Notes: generated from the letters alone by a model not told the origin. Counted from the stretch's first letter, positions 37,343-50,723 are shown. The stretch is 64,000 nt of DNA from Escherichia coli (GCF_017348835.2 NZ_CP071375.1), one strand, 5' to 3'. Program-made: numbers and translations.

Positions 37343-38881
37343 ATGGCAAGAGCTGTACACCGTAGTGGGTTAGTGGCGCTGGGCATTGCGACAGCGTTGA
37401 TGGCATCTTGTGCATTCGCTGCCAAAGATGTGGTGGTGGCGGTAGGATCGAATTTCACCACGCTCGATCCGTATGACGCGAATGACACGTTATCTCAGGC
37501 CGTAGCGAAATCGTTTTACCAGGGGCTGTTCGGTCTGGATAAAGAGATGAAACTGAAAAACGTGCTGGCGGAGAGTTATACCGTTTCCGATGACGGCATT
37601 ACTTACACCGTGAAATTGCGGGAAGGAATTAAATTCCAGGATGGCACCGATTTCAACGCCGCGGCGGTGAAAGCGAATCTGGACCGGGCCAGCGATCCGG
37701 CGAATCATCTTAAACGCTATAACCTGTATAAGAATATTGCTAAAACGGAAGCGATCGATCCGACAACGGTAAAGATTACCCTCAAACAGCCGTTCTCAGC
37801 GTTTATTAATATTCTTGCCCATCCGGCGACCGCGATGATTTCACCGGCAGCGCTGGAAAAATATGGCAAGGAGATTGGTTTTCATCCGGTGGGAACCGGG
37901 CCGTATGAACTGGATACCTGGAATCAGACCGATTTTGTGAAGGTGAAAAAATTCGCGGGTTACTGGCAGCCAGGATTGCCCAAACTGGACAGCATAACCT
38001 GGCGTCCGGTGGCGGATAACAACACCCGCGCGGCAATGCTGCAAACCGGTGAAGCGCAGTTTGCTTTCCCCATTCCCTACGAGCAGGCCGCACTGCTGGA
38101 GAAAAACAAAAATATCGAGTTGATGGCCAGTCCGTCAATTATGCAACGTTATATCAGTATGAACGTGACGCAAAAGCCGTTCGATAACCCGAAGGTCCGT
38201 GAGGCGCTGAATTACGCCATTAACCGCCCGGCGCTGGTGAAAGTAGCCTTCGCGGGCTATGCAACGCCAGCTACTGGTGTGGTACCGCCGAGTATCGCCT
38301 ACGCGCAAAGTTATAAACCGTGGCCTTACGATCCAGTGAAAGCGCGCGAATTACTGAAAGAGGCGGGATATCCCAACGGTTTCAGTACCACGCTGTGGTC
38401 GTCACATAACCACAGCACCGCGCAGAAAGTGCTGCAATTTACCCAGCAGCAGTTAGCGCAGGTCGGGATTAAAGCCCAGGTGACTGCGATGGATGCCGGA
38501 CAGCGGGCGGCAGAAGTTGAAGGTAAAGGGCAAAAAGAGAGCGGCGTGCGGATGTTCTACACTGGCTGGTCGGCTTCAACCGGCGAAGCGGACTGGGCGC
38601 TATCGCCACTGTTCGCCTCGCAAAACTGGCCACCGACGCTGTTTAATACCGCATTTTACAGCAATAAACAGGTGGATGACTTCCTGGCTCAGGCACTGAA
38701 AACTAATGATCCGGCGGAAAAGACCCGCTTGTATAAGGCGGCGCAGGATATCATCTGGCAAGAGTCGCCGTGGATCCCGCTGGTGGTAGAAAAACTGGTG
38801 TCGGCACACAGTAAAAACCTGACCGGTTTTTGGATCATGCCAGACACCGGCTTCAGCTTTGAAGACGCGGATTTGCAATAA
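37343..38881 (+). CDS. gsiB: Glutathione-binding periplasmic protein GsiB
   Basis: ORF 37076..38881 trimmed to [14 protein letters not shown] signal-peptide start (512 aa); GGAG RBS. Confidence 0.9.
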   Translation: MARAVHRSGLVALGIATALMASCAFAAKDVVVAVGSNFTTLDPYDANDTLSQAVAKSFYQGLFGLDKEMKLKNVLAESYTVSDDGITYTVKLREGIKFQDGTDFNAAAVKANLDRASDPANHLKRYNLYKNIAKTEAIDPTTVKITLKQPFSAFINILAHPATAMISPAALEKYGKEIGFHPVGTGPYELDTWNQTDFVKVKKFAGYWQPGLPKLDSITWRPVADNNTRAAMLQTGEAQFAFPIPYEQAALLEKNKNIELMASPSIMQRYISMNVTQKPFDNPKVREALNYAINRPALVKVAFAGYATPATGVVPPSIAYAQSYKPWPYDPVKARELLKEAGYPNGFSTTLWSSHNHSTAQKVLQFTQQQLAQVGIKAQVTAMDAGQRAAEVEGKGQKESGVRMFYTGWSASTGEADWALSPLFASQNWPPTLFNTAFYSNKQVDDFLAQALKTNDPAEKTRLYKAAQDIIWQESPWIPLVVEKLVSAHSKNLTGFWIMPDTGFSFEDADLQ

Positions 38882-38898
38882 GCAACGCAGGGAGTGGA

Positions 38899-39819
38899 AT
38901 GCTTAATTACGTTATCAAACGCTTACTGGGGTTGATTCCAACGCTGTTTATCGTCTCGGTGCTGGTGTTTTTATTTGTGCATATGCTGCCCGGCGATCCG
39001 GCGCGATTGATTGCCGGGCCCGAAGCTGATGCGCAGGTTATAGAACTGGTGCGTCAGCAGCTGGGGTTGGATCAGCCGCTGTATCACCAGTTCTGGCACT
39101 ATATCAGCAATGCTGTGCAGGGGGATTTTGGCCTGTCGATGGTGTCGCGTCGTCCGGTTGCCGATGAGATTGCCAGCCGCTTTATGCCAACGCTGTGGCT
39201 GACCATAACCAGTATGGTCTGGGCGGTGATATTTGGTATGGCGGCGGGAATTATCGCCGCCGTCTGGCGTAATCGTTGGCCGGATCGATTGAGTATGACC
39301 ATTGCGGTGTCGGGGATCTCGTTTCCGGCATTTGCTCTGGGGATGCTTTTAATTCAGGTATTCTCCGTTGAACTGGGCTGGCTGCCTACCGTGGGAGCAG
39401 ACAGTTGGCAGCACTACATTTTACCCTCCCTGACGCTCGGCGCGGCAGTGGCAGCCGTGATGGCGCGCTTTACCCGTGCGTCATTTGTCGACGTTTTAAG
39501 CGAAGATTATATGCGTACCGCGAGGGCGAAAGGGGTGAGCGAAACCTGGGTTGTCCTCAAACACGGGCTACGCAACGCGATGATCCCGGTAGTGACCATG
39601 ATGGGCTTACAGTTTGGCTTTTTGCTCGGTGGTTCTATCGTGGTGGAGAAAGTTTTCAACTGGCCCGGACTTGGACGCTTACTCGTTGGCTCCGTAGAAA
39701 TGCGCGATTACCCGGTGATTCAGGCGGAAATTCTGCTTTTCTCGCTGGAATTTATTCTTATCAACTTAGTGGTGGATGTGCTTTACGCCGCCATTAACCC
39801 GGCTATCAGGTACAAGTAA
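38899..39819 (+). CDS. gsiC: Glutathione ABC importer permease GsiC
   Basis: 306-aa membrane ORF, DppB/OppB-like. Confidence 0.92.
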   Translation: MLNYVIKRLLGLIPTLFIVSVLVFLFVHMLPGDPARLIAGPEADAQVIELVRQQLGLDQPLYHQFWHYISNAVQGDFGLSMVSRRPVADEIASRFMPTLWLTITSMVWAVIFGMAAGIIAAVWRNRWPDRLSMTIAVSGISFPAFALGMLLIQVFSVELGWLPTVGADSWQHYILPSLTLGAAVAAVMARFTRASFVDVLSEDYMRTARAKGVSETWVVLKHGLRNAMIPVVTMMGLQFGFLLGGSIVVEKVFNWPGLGRLLVGSVEMRDYPVIQAEILLFSLEFILINLVVDVLYAAINPAIRYK

Positions 39820-39821
39820 GG

Positions 39822-40733
39822 ATGCGACTATTTAACTGGCGACGTCAGGCGGTGTTAAACGCCATGCCACTGGTCAAACCTGACCAGGTACGTACACCGT
39901 GGCATGAATTCTGGCGACGATTTCGCCGTCAGCATATGGCGATGACCGCCGCATTGTTCGTTATTTTATTGATTGTGGTGGCCATTTTTGCACGCTGGAT
40001 CGCTCCCTATGACGCCGAAAATTATTTTGATTATGACAATCTGAATAACGGACCTTCTTTGCAGCACTGGTTTGGCGTCGATTCACTGGGGCGTGACATT
40101 TTCAGCCGTGTCCTGGTTGGTGCGCAAATCTCGCTGGCGGCGGGCGTGTTTGCCGTGTTTATCGGTGCGGCGATCGGGACGTTGCTGGGCTTGTTGGCTG
40201 GATATTATGAAGGCTGGTGGGATCGGCTGATCATGCGCATTTGCGATGTGCTGTTTGCCTTCCCGGGGATTTTACTGGCGATCGCTGTTGTTGCGGTGTT
40301 GGGAAGCGGCATTGCTAACGTGATTATCGCAGTCGCCATTTTTTCCATCCCCGCGTTTGCCCGACTGGTGCGCGGCAACACGCTGGTGTTGAAACAGCAA
40401 ACCTTTATTGAGTCAGCGCGCAGTATTGGTGCCAGCGATATGACCATTTTATTGCGTCATATCTTGCCTGGGACCGTCTCGTCTATCGTGGTGTTTTTCA
40501 CCATGCGCATTGGCACCTCGATTATCTCTGCCGCCAGCCTGTCATTTCTCGGCCTCGGTGCGCAACCGCCGACACCAGAGTGGGGAGCAATGCTCAATGA
40601 GGCACGAGCGGATATGGTTATCGCGCCGCATGTCGCTATTTTTCCGGCCCTGGCTATTTTTCTGACCGTACTGGCGTTCAATTTGTTGGGCGATGGTTTA
40701 CGCGATGCGCTGGATCCGAAAATTAAAGGATAG
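39822..40733 (+). CDS. gsiD: Glutathione ABC importer permease GsiD
   Basis: 303-aa membrane ORF, DppC/OppC-like. Confidence 0.92.
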   Translation: MRLFNWRRQAVLNAMPLVKPDQVRTPWHEFWRRFRRQHMAMTAALFVILLIVVAIFARWIAPYDAENYFDYDNLNNGPSLQHWFGVDSLGRDIFSRVLVGAQISLAAGVFAVFIGAAIGTLLGLLAGYYEGWWDRLIMRICDVLFAFPGILLAIAVVAVLGSGIANVIIAVAIFSIPAFARLVRGNTLVLKQQTFIESARSIGASDMTILLRHILPGTVSSIVVFFTMRIGTSIISAASLSFLGLGAQPPTPEWGAMLNEARADMVIAPHVAIFPALAIFLTVLAFNLLGDGLRDALDPKIKG

Positions 40734-40909
40734 TTACGTTTGAATATTGCTTGAAAGAGTAATCACCTCACAGGAAATTATTGCCCTAAGCAAGTGTTGT
40801 AACTTTCTGCTGATTTTGTAGAATCGGGTAATTTGGTTAAAAAGCCGCAGCAAGGGACTGTTTTGCAGCGGCACAGCGTTCAGACAGTTATTTTGTTAAA
40901 TGTATTAAC

Positions 40910-43258
40910 ATGCTGAGTTTATACGAAAAGATAAAGATAAGGCTGATAATTTTATTTTTATTGGCAGCACTGTCATTTATTGGCCTTTTTTTCATCATTA
41001 ACTATCAACTGGTATCGGAACGCGCGGTAAAACGTGCCGATAGCCGCTTTGAACTTATTCAGAAAAACGTTGGCTATTTCTTTAAAGATATTGAACGTTC
41101 GGCCCTGACATTAAAGGACTCACTGTATTTATTAAAAAATACAGAGGAGATTCAACGCGCTGTGATCCTGAAAATGGAAATGATGCCATTTTTAGACTCG
41201 GTGGGACTGGTACTTGATGATAATAAATATTATCTCTTTTCGCGGAGGGCGAACGATAAAATCGTTGTTTATCATCAGGAACAAGTAAATGGACCGCTTG
41301 TCGACGAGTCAGGGCGGGTTATTTTTGCCGATTTTAACCCATCGAAACGACCGTGGTCGGTGGCTTCAGATGACTCTAACAACAGCTGGAATCCGGCCTA
41401 CAATTGCTTTGATCGTCCGGGTAAAAAATGTATCTCTTTTACGCTACGCATCAACGGCAAAGATCACGATTTGTTAGCGGTGGATAAAATTCATGTCGAT
41501 TTAAACTGGCGATATCTGAACGAGTATCTTGATCAAATCAGCGCTAATGATGAAGTTCTATTTTTGAAACAAGGCCATGAGATCATTGCCAAGAATCAAC
41601 TCGCTCGTGAAAAACTGATTATTTATAATAGCGAAGGTAATTATAATATTATTGATTCTGTCGATACTAAATATATCGAAAAAACATCAGCGGTGCCAAA
41701 CAACGCATTATTCGAAATCTATTTTTATTATCCTGCCGGTAATTTATTGAACGCGTCAGATAAACTTTTTTATTTACCGTTTGCTTTCATTATTATCGTA
41801 TTGCTGGTGGTTTATTTAATGACCACTCGTGTGTTCCGTCGGCAATTTTCTGAAATGACCGAGCTGGTTAATACGCTGGCATTTTTGCCCGACTCAACGG
41901 ATCAAATCGAGGCTCTGAAAATTCGCGAAGGCGATGCGAAAGAGATTATCAGCATCAAAAATTCGATCGCGGAAATGAAAGATGCCGAAATTGAACGGTC
42001 AAATAAATTGCTCTCACTGATCTCTTACGATCAGGAAAGCGGTTTTATTAAAAACATGGCGATTATTGAGTCCAACAATAATCAGTATCTGGCTGTGGGG
42101 ATCATCAAACTGTGTGGTCTGGAAGCCGTGGAAGCGGTGTTTGGTGTTGATGAACGCAATAAAATCGTCAGGAAATTGTGTCAGCGAATTGCCGAGAAAT
42201 ATGCGCAATGCTGCGATATCGTGACATTCAATGCCGATCTCTATTTACTTCTGTGTCGGGAAAATGTACAGACATTTACCCGTAAAATAGCGATGGTAAA
42301 CGATTTTGACAGCAGCTTTGGCTACCGCAATCTGCGCATCCATAAGTCTGCCATTTGTGAACCTTTGCAGGGGGAAAACGCCTGGAGTTACGCAGAAAAA
42401 CTGAAACTGGCGATTTCCAGTATCCGTGACCATATGTTCTCCGAGTTTATTTTCTGTGATGACGCGAAACTCAACGAAATAGAAGAGAATATCTGGATTG
42501 CGCGTAATATTCGCCATGCAATGGAAATTGGCGAACTATTCCTCGTCTATCAACCGATCGTTGATATTAACACCCGCGCCATTCTGGGCGCGGAGGCGTT
42601 GTGCCGTTGGGTGTCTGCGGAGCGGGGGATCATTTCACCGCTGAAGTTCATTACCATTGCTGAAGATATCGGGTTTATCAATGAGCTGGGTTATCAGATT
42701 ATTAAAACGGCAATGGGTGAATTCAGACATTTTAGTCAGCGTGCGTCGCTGAAGGATGATTTCTTACTGCATATTAATGTTTCGCCCTGGCAGTTAAACG
42801 AACCGCACTTTCATGAGCGTTTTACCACCATCATGAAAGAAAATGGCCTGAAGGCGAACAGCCTCTGTGTTGAGATCACTGAAACCGTGATCGAGCGAAT
42901 TAATGAACATTTTTATCTCAATATTGAACAACTGCGTAAACAAGGGGTACGGATATCGATTGATGACTTTGGCACCGGTTTGTCAAACCTGAAACGTTTT
43001 TATGAAATTAATCCAGACAGCATAAAGGTGGACTCGCAATTTACCGGCGATATTTTCGGTACTGCGGGAAAAATTGTGCGCATTATTTTCGATCTGGCAC
43101 GCTATAACCGGATCCCGGTGATTGCGGAAGGCGTAGAGAGCGAAGACGTTGCGCGCGAATTAATCAAATTAGGATGTGTTCAGGCTCAGGGGTATCTGTA
43201 CCAGAAACCCATGCCATTCTCCGCCTGGGATAAAAGTGGAAAATTAGTAAAAGAGTAG
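40910..43258 (+). CDS. pdeI: c-di-GMP phosphodiesterase PdeI (YliE), membrane-anchored EAL-domain protein
   Basis: 782-aa ORF; N-terminal TM segment, periplasmic region, C-terminal EAL domain (GAEALCRW). Confidence 0.88.
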   Translation: MLSLYEKIKIRLIILFLLAALSFIGLFFIINYQLVSERAVKRADSRFELIQKNVGYFFKDIERSALTLKDSLYLLKNTEEIQRAVILKMEMMPFLDSVGLVLDDNKYYLFSRRANDKIVVYHQEQVNGPLVDESGRVIFADFNPSKRPWSVASDDSNNSWNPAYNCFDRPGKKCISFTLRINGKDHDLLAVDKIHVDLNWRYLNEYLDQISANDEVLFLKQGHEIIAKNQLAREKLIIYNSEGNYNIIDSVDTKYIEKTSAVPNNALFEIYFYYPAGNLLNASDKLFYLPFAFIIIVLLVVYLMTTRVFRRQFSEMTELVNTLAFLPDSTDQIEALKIREGDAKEIISIKNSIAEMKDAEIERSNKLLSLISYDQESGFIKNMAIIESNNNQYLAVGIIKLCGLEAVEAVFGVDERNKIVRKLCQRIAEKYAQCCDIVTFNADLYLLLCRENVQTFTRKIAMVNDFDSSFGYRNLRIHKSAICEPLQGENAWSYAEKLKLAISSIRDHMFSEFIFCDDAKLNEIEENIWIARNIRHAMEIGELFLVYQPIVDINTRAILGAEALCRWVSAERGIISPLKFITIAEDIGFINELGYQIIKTAMGEFRHFSQRASLKDDFLLHINVSPWQLNEPHFHERFTTIMKENGLKANSLCVEITETVIERINEHFYLNIEQLRKQGVRISIDDFGTGLSNLKRFYEINPDSIKVDSQFTGDIFGTAGKIVRIIFDLARYNRIPVIAEGVESEDVARELIKLGCVQAQGYLYQKPMPFSAWDKSGKLVKE

Positions 43259-43265
43259 TTTACGT

Positions 43266-44594
43266 ATGTCCAGAATCAATAAGTTCGTACTTACAGTCAG
43301 TCTGCTGATTTTTATCATGATTTCAGCAGTTGCCTGCGGGATCTACACTCAAATGGTAAAGGAACGGGTGTATGGCCTGAAACAGTCCGTTATTGATACT
43401 GCTTTTGCGGTGGCAAATATTGCTGAATATCGGCGTAGCGTGGCAATTGATCTTATCAATACGCTAAATCCCACGGAGGAACAGCTGTTGGTTGGCTTAC
43501 GCACAGCTTACGCTGACTCGGTTTCACCCTCTTACTTGTACGATGTGGGTCCTTATCTGATTTCCAGTGACGAATGTATTCAGGTAAAGGAGTTCGAGAA
43601 AAATTATTGTGCAGATATTATGCAGGTTGTGAAGTATCGACATGTCAAAAATACAGGGTTTATCTCTTTTGACGGTAAAACCTTCGTCTATTACCTCTAT
43701 CCGGTAACTCACAATCGTAGTCTGATATTTTTGCTTGGTCTGGAGCGTTTTTCTTTACTGTCAAAATCGCTGGCGATGGACAGCGAGAACCTGATGTTCT
43801 CTCTGTTTAAGAACGGTAAACCGGTGACCGGTGATGAATATAATGCTAAAAACGCCATCTTCACCGTTTCGGAAGCGATGGAACACTTCTCTTATTTGCC
43901 GACCGGATTGTACGTATTTGCGTATAAAAAAGATGTTTATTTGCGGGTCTGTACATTGATTATTTTCTTTGCCGCATTGGTGGCAGTGATATCGGGTGCC
44001 AGTTGCCTCTATCTGGTACGCAGAGTGATTAATCGTGGTATTGTGGAGAAAGAAGCCATCATTAATAACCATTTTGAACGCGTACTGGATGGCGGGCTTT
44101 TCTTTTCGGCTGCCGATGTCAAAAAACTCTACAGTATGTATAACTCGGCGTTCCTGGACGACCTGACCAAAGCAATGGGCAGAAAATCCTTTGACGAAGA
44201 TTTAAAAGCGCTGCCGGAAAAAGGCGGTTATTTGTGCCTGTTTGATGTCGATAAATTCAAAAACATTAACGACACCTTCGGTCATTTGCTGGGTGATGAA
44301 GTGTTGATGAAAGTGGTGAAAATCCTTAAATCACAGATCCCGGTAGATAAAGGTAAAGTCTACCGCTTCGGCGGTGACGAATTTGCGGTGATTTATACGG
44401 GTGGAACGCTGGAAGAGTTGCTATCGATTCTAAAAGAAATCGTTCATTTCCAGGTGGGAAGCATTAATTTAAGCACCAGTATCGGTGTAGCGCATTCAAA
44501 TGAATGTCCTACCGTCGAACGCTTGAAAATGCTGGCGGATGAGCGGCTGTATAAGAGTAAGAAAAACGGCAGGGCTCAGATTAGCTGGCAGTAA
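43266..44594 (+). CDS. dgcI: Diguanylate cyclase DgcI (YliF), GGDEF domain
   Basis: 442-aa ORF with intact RFGGDEF active-site motif and N-terminal TM segments. Confidence 0.88.
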   Translation: MSRINKFVLTVSLLIFIMISAVACGIYTQMVKERVYGLKQSVIDTAFAVANIAEYRRSVAIDLINTLNPTEEQLLVGLRTAYADSVSPSYLYDVGPYLISSDECIQVKEFEKNYCADIMQVVKYRHVKNTGFISFDGKTFVYYLYPVTHNRSLIFLLGLERFSLLSKSLAMDSENLMFSLFKNGKPVTGDEYNAKNAIFTVSEAMEHFSYLPTGLYVFAYKKDVYLRVCTLIIFFAALVAVISGASCLYLVRRVINRGIVEKEAIINNHFERVLDGGLFFSAADVKKLYSMYNSAFLDDLTKAMGRKSFDEDLKALPEKGGYLCLFDVDKFKNINDTFGHLLGDEVLMKVVKILKSQIPVDKGKVYRFGGDEFAVIYTGGTLEELLSILKEIVHFQVGSINLSTSIGVAHSNECPTVERLKMLADERLYKSKKNGRAQISWQ

Positions 44595-44603
44595 TCATTA
44601 TTC

Positions 44604-44634
44604 GCAGGCCGGACAAATGATTTTGCCCGGCCTG
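44604..44634. terminator. Hairpin between convergent dgcI and rimO
   Basis: caggccgg...ccggcctg 8-bp stem with long loop. Confidence 0.4.
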
Positions 44635-44640
44635 AATTAA

Positions 44641-45966
44641 TTAAACCCGGCTACCCCACAAATCGTACTCATCGGCGTGCTCGACTTTCACACGCAGGAT
44701 ATCACCCGGCTTAACGTTGGTTTCACCATTGAGATAAACCGCACCGTCGATTTCCGGTGCATCTGCCATGCTGCGACCAATCGCGCCTTCTTCGTCCACT
44801 TCGTCGATAATCACCAGAATTTCACGGCCCACTTTTTCTTGCAGGCGCTCGGCGGAAATCTGCTGCTGCAGCTGCATGAAACGGTTCCAGCGTTCTTCTT
44901 TCACTTCTTCCGGAACCTGGTCAGGCAGGGCATTGGCGTCTGCACCTTCAACCGGGCTGTATTTAAAGCAGCCAACGCGATCCAGACGCGCTTCTTTCAG
45001 GAAGTCGAGTAGCATCTGGAAATCTTCTTCCGTCTCGCCAGGGAAGCCGACAATAAAGGTTGATCGTAGGGTCAGTTCCGGGCAGATTTCGCGCCACTGT
45101 TTGATGCGCGCCAGTTGGCGATCTACAGAACCCGGACGCTTCATCAGTTTGAGAATGCGCGGGCTGGCGTGCTGCAACGGAATGTCCAGATACGGCAGGA
45201 TTTTGCCTTCTGCCATCAGTGGGATGACGTCGTCCACATGCGGATAAGGGTAAACGTAGTGCAGACGTGTCCAGATCCCCAGTTTCGATAACTGTTCGCA
45301 CAGGCTGACCATGCTGGTTTTTACCGGCTCGCCGTTGTGGAAGCCAGTACGATGTTTAACATCAACGCCATAGGCGGAAGTATCCTGCGAGATCACCAGA
45401 ATCTCTTTAACGCCCGCATCTACCAGACGTTTCGCTTCACTTAACACTTCGCCAATCGGACGGCTCACCAGGTCGCCGCGCATAGACGGAATAATGCAGA
45501 AGGTGCAGCGGTGATTACAGCCTTCAGAAATTTTCAGATAGGCATAATGACGCGGCGTCAGTTTGACACCTTGTTCTGGCACCAGGCTCAGGAATGGGTT
45601 GTGTTTCGGTTTTGGCACGTAGTGATGAACGTGCTCCAGAACCTGCTCATAGCTATGAGGCCCGGTGATTTCCAGCACTTTCGGGTGGACTTCGCGGATC
45701 TGATCTTCTTTTGCCCCCAGACAACCGGTCACAATTACCTTGCCGTTTTCATTCAACGCTTCACCAATGGCTTCCAGTGATTCTTGTACCGCGCTGTCAA
45801 TAAAGCCGCAGGTGTTGACGATCACCATGTCCGCATCGTCATAGCTCGGTACCACGTCATAACCTTCAGTGCGTAGTTCGGTGAGAATACGCTCTGAATC
45901 GACAAGGTTTTTCGGACAGCCAAGGGAAACAAAGCCGATTTTCGGCTGGGGAGTTACTTTGCTCAT
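44641..45966 (-). CDS. rimO: Ribosomal protein S12 methylthiotransferase RimO
   Basis: 441-aa ORF; radical-SAM CxxxCxxC (CNHRCTFC) plus MTTase N-terminal cysteines. Confidence 0.93.
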
Positions 45967-46178
45967 AGCTTAAAAAATATTCAGTTACAGGAAAGGTCAG
46001 GGCAGGGATTCTACAGAGTTCTGGATAAAATTTGTATCGCAATCTCATTCGCTGGCGGAGGCGAAGGAAATGTAAATTTTGTTAATTCGGCGTGAAGAAT
46101 TGATCCTGGACAGCATTTTGCTCAAAAAATAGCCATACTATTTAATTGCAACAAGGCTGGAAAGAGGAGGATCGAAGT

Positions 46179-46562
46179 ATGTTCGTTGACAGACAGCGAA
46201 TCGATCTGCTGAACCGGTTGATCGACGCACGCGTTGACCTCGCCGCATACGTGCAACTGAGGAAGGCAAAAGGATACATGTCCGTCAGCGAAAGCAATCA
46301 TCTACGAGATAACTTTTTTAAACTGAATCGCGAACTGCACGATAAATCGCTGCGGTTGAATCTTCATCTGGATCAGGAAGAGTGGAGTGCTCTTCATCAT
46401 GCTGAAGAAGCATTAGCGACAGCCGCAGTATGTTTGATGAGTGGGCACCATGATTGCCCGACTGTTATTACCGTCAACGCCGATAAGCTTGAAAATTGTC
46501 TGATGAGCTTAACGCTGAGTATCCAGAGCCTGCAGAAGCACGCCATGCTTGAGAAGGCCTGA
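46179..46562 (+). CDS. bssR: Biofilm regulator BssR
   Basis: ORF 46146..46562 trimmed to MFVDRQRIDLL start (127 aa) after GAGGAGG RBS. Confidence 0.88.
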   Translation: MFVDRQRIDLLNRLIDARVDLAAYVQLRKAKGYMSVSESNHLRDNFFKLNRELHDKSLRLNLHLDQEEWSALHHAEEALATAAVCLMSGHHDCPTVITVNADKLENCLMSLTLSIQSLQKHAMLEKA

Positions 46563-46567
46563 AAACT

Positions 46568-46605
46568 AAGGGGGAGAAAGCGTCTCCCCCTTCATGTTTA
46601 AGTTT
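46568..46605 (+). terminator. Rho-independent terminator after bssR
   Basis: gggggagaaagcgtctccccc hairpin followed by T-rich tract. Confidence 0.6.
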
Positions 46606-46672
46606 TTGTAAAAATGAATTTGTTATCTCCTCCACTGACTACGCTTTAAGCCAGAGTCAATCCGGAGGCGTT

Positions 46673-47788
46673 ATGCATCGACAATCCTTTTTCCTTGTGC
46701 CCCTTATTTGTCTTTCTTCCGCTCTCTGGGCGGCTCCTGCAACGGTAAATGTCGAAGTACTGCAAGACAAACTCGACCATCCCTGGGCACTGGCCTTTTT
46801 ACCCGATAATCACGGTATGTTAATCACTCTGCGCGGCGGCGAGTTGCGTCACTGGCAAGCAGGAAAAGGATTATCTGCGCCGCTTTCCGGAGTTCCGGAC
46901 GTTTGGGCGCACGGGCAGGGCGGCCTGCTGGACGTGGTTTTAGCGCCTGATTTTGCTCAGTCTCGCCGCATCTGGTTAAGTTATTCCGAAGTTGGCGATG
47001 ATGGCAAAGCCGGAACTGCTGTGGGTTATGGCCGCTTAAGTGATGATCTCTCAAAAGTGACCGACTTCCGCACCGTCTTTCGCCAGATGCCAAAACTGTC
47101 TACCGGCAACCATTTTGGCGGGCGGCTGGTATTCGACGGTAAAGGTTATCTTTTTGTTGCTCTGGGCGAAAACAATCAGCGCTCGACGGCGCAGGATCTG
47201 GATAAATTACAGGGCAAACTGGTGCGTCTGACCGACCTGGGCGAAATCCCGGATGATAATCCTTTTATAAAGGAATCCGGTGTGCGCGCCGAGATCTGGT
47301 CTTATGGCATTCGTAATCCGCAAGGAATGGCGATGAATCCGTGGAGTAATGCACTGTGGCTGAATGAACATGGCCCGCGCGGTGGTGATGAAATTAATAT
47401 CCCGCAAAAAGGCAAAAACTACGGCTGGCCGCTGGCAACCTGGGGAATCAACTATTCAGGCTTTAAGATACCGGAAGCGAAAGGGGAGATCGTCGCGGGG
47501 ACCGAGCAACCTGTTTTTTACTGGAAAGATTCGCCCGCCGTGAGCGGCATGGCCTTCTATAACAGCGATAAATTCCCCCGGTGGCAGCAAAAATTATTTA
47601 TTGGCGCGCTGAAAGATAAAGATGTCATTGTGATGAGCGTCAACGGCGACAAAGTGACAGAAGATGGCCGTATTTTAACGGACAGAGGGCAGCGAATTCG
47701 TGATGTTCGCACCGGACCCGACGGTTATTTATACGTTCTCACCGACGAGTCCAGTGGGGAATTACTTAAAGTTAGCCCACGCAATTAG
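46673..47788 (+). CDS. yliI: Soluble aldose sugar dehydrogenase YliI (PQQ-dependent beta-propeller)
   Basis: 371-aa ORF with signal peptide. Confidence 0.9.
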
Positions 47789-48411
47789 CTAACGGGAATC
47801 ATCACCACTTTGCGCACTGCGGGGCGTTCAGTGAGTTGCTGATACCAGCGTTGCAGATTTGGACGCGGTGTCCAGGTCAGGCCAACGTTAAACAAATTGT
47901 AGATGAACGGTGCGATAGCGATATCGCCCACACCAAACTCGTCGCCAGAGAACCATTTTACTTTTGCCAGTTCCGCATCGAGCAGGGCAAACAGGGCGTC
48001 GCACTCTTTGCAACTGGCATCAATGGCGGCCTGATCGCGCTCTTCGGGTGGTGTTCTGACTAATCCCATCAGGATCCCGCGATGAGCATTACTGAGTGTC
48101 TGGTTTGCCCAGTCCATCCATTTTTCCGCTTCCGCACGACGTGCCGGTGAGTCGATCCACAGACGTTTTTGCCCGTACTGTGCCGCCAGATAGCGGACAA
48201 TGGCGTTTGATTCCCAAAGAATGAGATCACTTTCGTCGTCACGCAACAACGGCACCAGCCCGTTAGGGTTCATCGCCAGAAAATCAGCATCGTGATTTAT
48301 CCCAAACTCACGGCCCGCGAGAATTTGCTCATAAGGTAGTTCCAGTTCTTCGAGCGTCAGCAATACTTTTTTTACGTTAGTTGAATTATTCCGACCCCAC
48401 AGCGTAATCAT
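47785..48411 (-). CDS. gstB: Glutathione S-transferase GstB
   Basis: ORF 47785..48417 trimmed to [10 protein letters not shown] start (208 aa). Confidence 0.88.
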
Positions 48412-48658
48412 ACTCACCCCTTTTCCGACAGGCAGCCACAGGCTGAACAGGACTCCGATGGTGAAGTAAAGTTAACTTTTAAGCAACAGCTGGCAAAAAA
48501 ATGACACCAGGAGCAGCGAAGCGGCAGGATATTGCATAAACTTTAAAAACTTTACCAACTTACGGTTTCTTTAAGTTTGTGTGTGCGTTATTAATCACCG
48601 AACTTATCATACGGCGATATAACGTATTTTTTTTTGAATGGATACTCGGGTGGCATTT

Positions 48659-49861
48659 ATGACGCAATACTCCTCTCTCCTTCGTGGTCTTGCAGCGGGT
48701 TCTGCATTTTTATTCCTTTTTGCCCCAACGGCATTCGCGGCGGAACAAACCGTTGAAGCGCCGAGCGTGGATGCGCGTGCATGGATTTTAATGGATTACG
48801 CCAGCGGTAAAGTGCTGGCAGAAGGCAATGCGGATGAGAAACTGGATCCCGCGAGCCTGACTAAAATCATGACCAGCTATGTGGTTGGGCAGGCGCTTAA
48901 GGCCGATAAGATTAAACTCACCGATATGGTGACGGTCGGTAAAGATGCCTGGGCGACGGGAAATCCGGCACTGCGTGGTTCATCAGTAATGTTCCTCAAA
49001 CCGGGCGATCAGGTTTCGGTGGCAGACTTGAACAAAGGTGTGATTATCCAGTCCGGTAATGACGCCTGTATTGCGCTGGCCGATTACGTTGCCGGGAGCC
49101 AGGAGTCATTTATTGGTTTGATGAATGGTTATGCCAAAAAACTGGGTCTGACCAACACTACCTTCCAGACGGTGCACGGTCTGGATGCGCCGGGGCAGTT
49201 CAGTACCGCGCGCGATATGGCATTGCTGGGCAAAGCATTGATCCACGATGTGCCGGAAGAGTACGCCATTCATAAAGAGAAAGAGTTCACCTTCAACAAA
49301 ATTCGTCAGCCTAACCGTAACCGTCTGCTGTGGAGCAGTAATCTGAATGTTGATGGCATGAAGACAGGAACCACGGCAGGCGCGGGATATAATCTGGTTG
49401 CTTCGGCTACCCAGGGCGATATGCGTTTAATCTCCGTAGTGCTGGGGGCGAAAACTGACCGTATCCGTTTTAATGAGTCTGAGAAATTATTGACCTGGGG
49501 TTTCCGCTTCTTTGAAACCGTGACGCCAATTAAACCTGATGCCACCTTTGTGACTCAGCGCGTCTGGTTTGGTGATAAGAGCGAAGTGAATCTCGGGGCA
49601 GGCGAAGCGGGATCAGTGACCATACCGCGTGGGCAGCTGAAAAACCTGAAGGCGAGCTACACGTTAACGGAACCGCAGCTTACCGCACCGCTGAAAAAAG
49701 GTCAGGTTGTCGGCACCATTGATTTCCAGCTTAACGGTAAATCCATTGAGCAGCGTCCGCTGATCGTGATGGAAAATGTGGAGGAGGGCGGATTCTTTGG
49801 TCGGATGTGGGATTTCGTGATGATGAAATTCCATCAGTGGTTCGGCAGCTGGTTCTCTTAA
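48659..49861 (+). CDS. dacC: D-alanyl-D-alanine carboxypeptidase DacC (PBP6)
   Basis: ORF 48638..49861 trimmed to [14 protein letters not shown] start (400 aa); SxxK active site (SLTK). Confidence 0.9.
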   Translation: MTQYSSLLRGLAAGSAFLFLFAPTAFAAEQTVEAPSVDARAWILMDYASGKVLAEGNADEKLDPASLTKIMTSYVVGQALKADKIKLTDMVTVGKDAWATGNPALRGSSVMFLKPGDQVSVADLNKGVIIQSGNDACIALADYVAGSQESFIGLMNGYAKKLGLTNTTFQTVHGLDAPGQFSTARDMALLGKALIHDVPEEYAIHKEKEFTFNKIRQPNRNRLLWSSNLNVDGMKTGTTAGAGYNLVASATQGDMRLISVVLGAKTDRIRFNESEKLLTWGFRFFETVTPIKPDATFVTQRVWFGDKSEVNLGAGEAGSVTIPRGQLKNLKASYTLTEPQLTAPLKKGQVVGTIDFQLNGKSIEQRPLIVMENVEEGGFFGRMWDFVMMKFHQWFGSWFS

Positions 49862-49869
49862 TCTTCTGA

Positions 49870-49900
49870 TAACCGGATGGCGCGAAACGTCATCCGGTTA
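49870..49900. terminator. Hairpin between convergent dacC and deoR
   Basis: taaccggatg/gcgcgaaacgt/catccggtta stem-loop; no clear U-tract. Confidence 0.4.
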
Positions 49901-49907
49901 TACATCA

Positions 49908-50666
49908 TTAATACATCAACTTAATACGCTGCGTCTGCGCGTACTTCACATACTCATCTTCCGGGCAACAATCGCTCACCACAATATCAAAGCGTTTCAG
50001 GTCACCCATGCGCGCCGGACGCACCTTGCCAAATTTACTGTGGTCGACAACCAGCACATGCTTTTGCGCCATCGACATGGCCCAGTGTTTTACCGGCAAC
50101 TCTTCAAGATTAAAACAGGTAGCGCCTTTACTGACATGCACACCCGCCGCAGAATAAAAAGCGATATCCGGGCAAAAATTATTCAGCGTTTGCTGAAAAT
50201 CGATGGGTTTGAAAATGGCGTTGCTGGCGTGAAATTCACCACCGCAAAGAAACGCGCGGCAATGGGGTTTCTCTTTCAGCGCCAGAAAGGTATTTAGCGA
50301 ATAACAAACGGCGGTGAAAGGTATTTCATTATCAATCGCTTCAATAATCCACGGCGTGGTGGTGCCACAGTCAAAAAAGAGGGTCTGATCGGGTTCTACC
50401 AGCGTCGCAGCCAGTTTTGCCGCCCGGCGTTTTTCTTCCACTAGGCGGGATTTTTGATCGCTTAACAGGTAATGGCTGGCACTGCGCGGTTCCAGAACAA
50501 TATAGCCGCCGAGCAAAACGACGGGCGCACTGTGGTTGTTCAAATCGCGACGAATCGTCATCTCCGAAACCCCAAGCAGGGCGGCGGCGTCTTTAAGATG
50601 TAACTTATCGCTGCGTTTTAATTCTTGCAGCAGCTGCCCGATACGCTCTTCGCGACGTGTTTCCAT
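49908..50666 (-). CDS. deoR: DNA-binding transcriptional repressor DeoR
   Basis: 252-aa ORF with N-terminal HTH. Confidence 0.92.
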   Translation of the reverse strand: METRREERIGQLLQELKRSDKLHLKDAAALLGVSEMTIRRDLNNHSAPVVLLGGYIVLEPRSASHYLLSDQKSRLVEEKRRAAKLAATLVEPDQTLFFDCGTTTPWIIEAIDNEIPFTAVCYSLNTFLALKEKPHCRAFLCGGEFHASNAIFKPIDFQQTLNNFCPDIAFYSAAGVHVSKGATCFNLEELPVKHWAMSMAQKHVLVVDHSKFGKVRPARMGDLKRFDIVVSDCCPEDEYVKYAQTQRIKLMY

Positions 50667-50723
50667 AATCCCTCTGAATAGTTATTGAAGCGAGCCGCTC
50701 AATACTACACTTTTTAGCAGAGA

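Noticed and set aside
48630-48641. Homopolymeric T-run upstream of dacC
   Set aside because: Likely just an AT-rich UP-element-like promoter tract; no evidence of phase-variable function.
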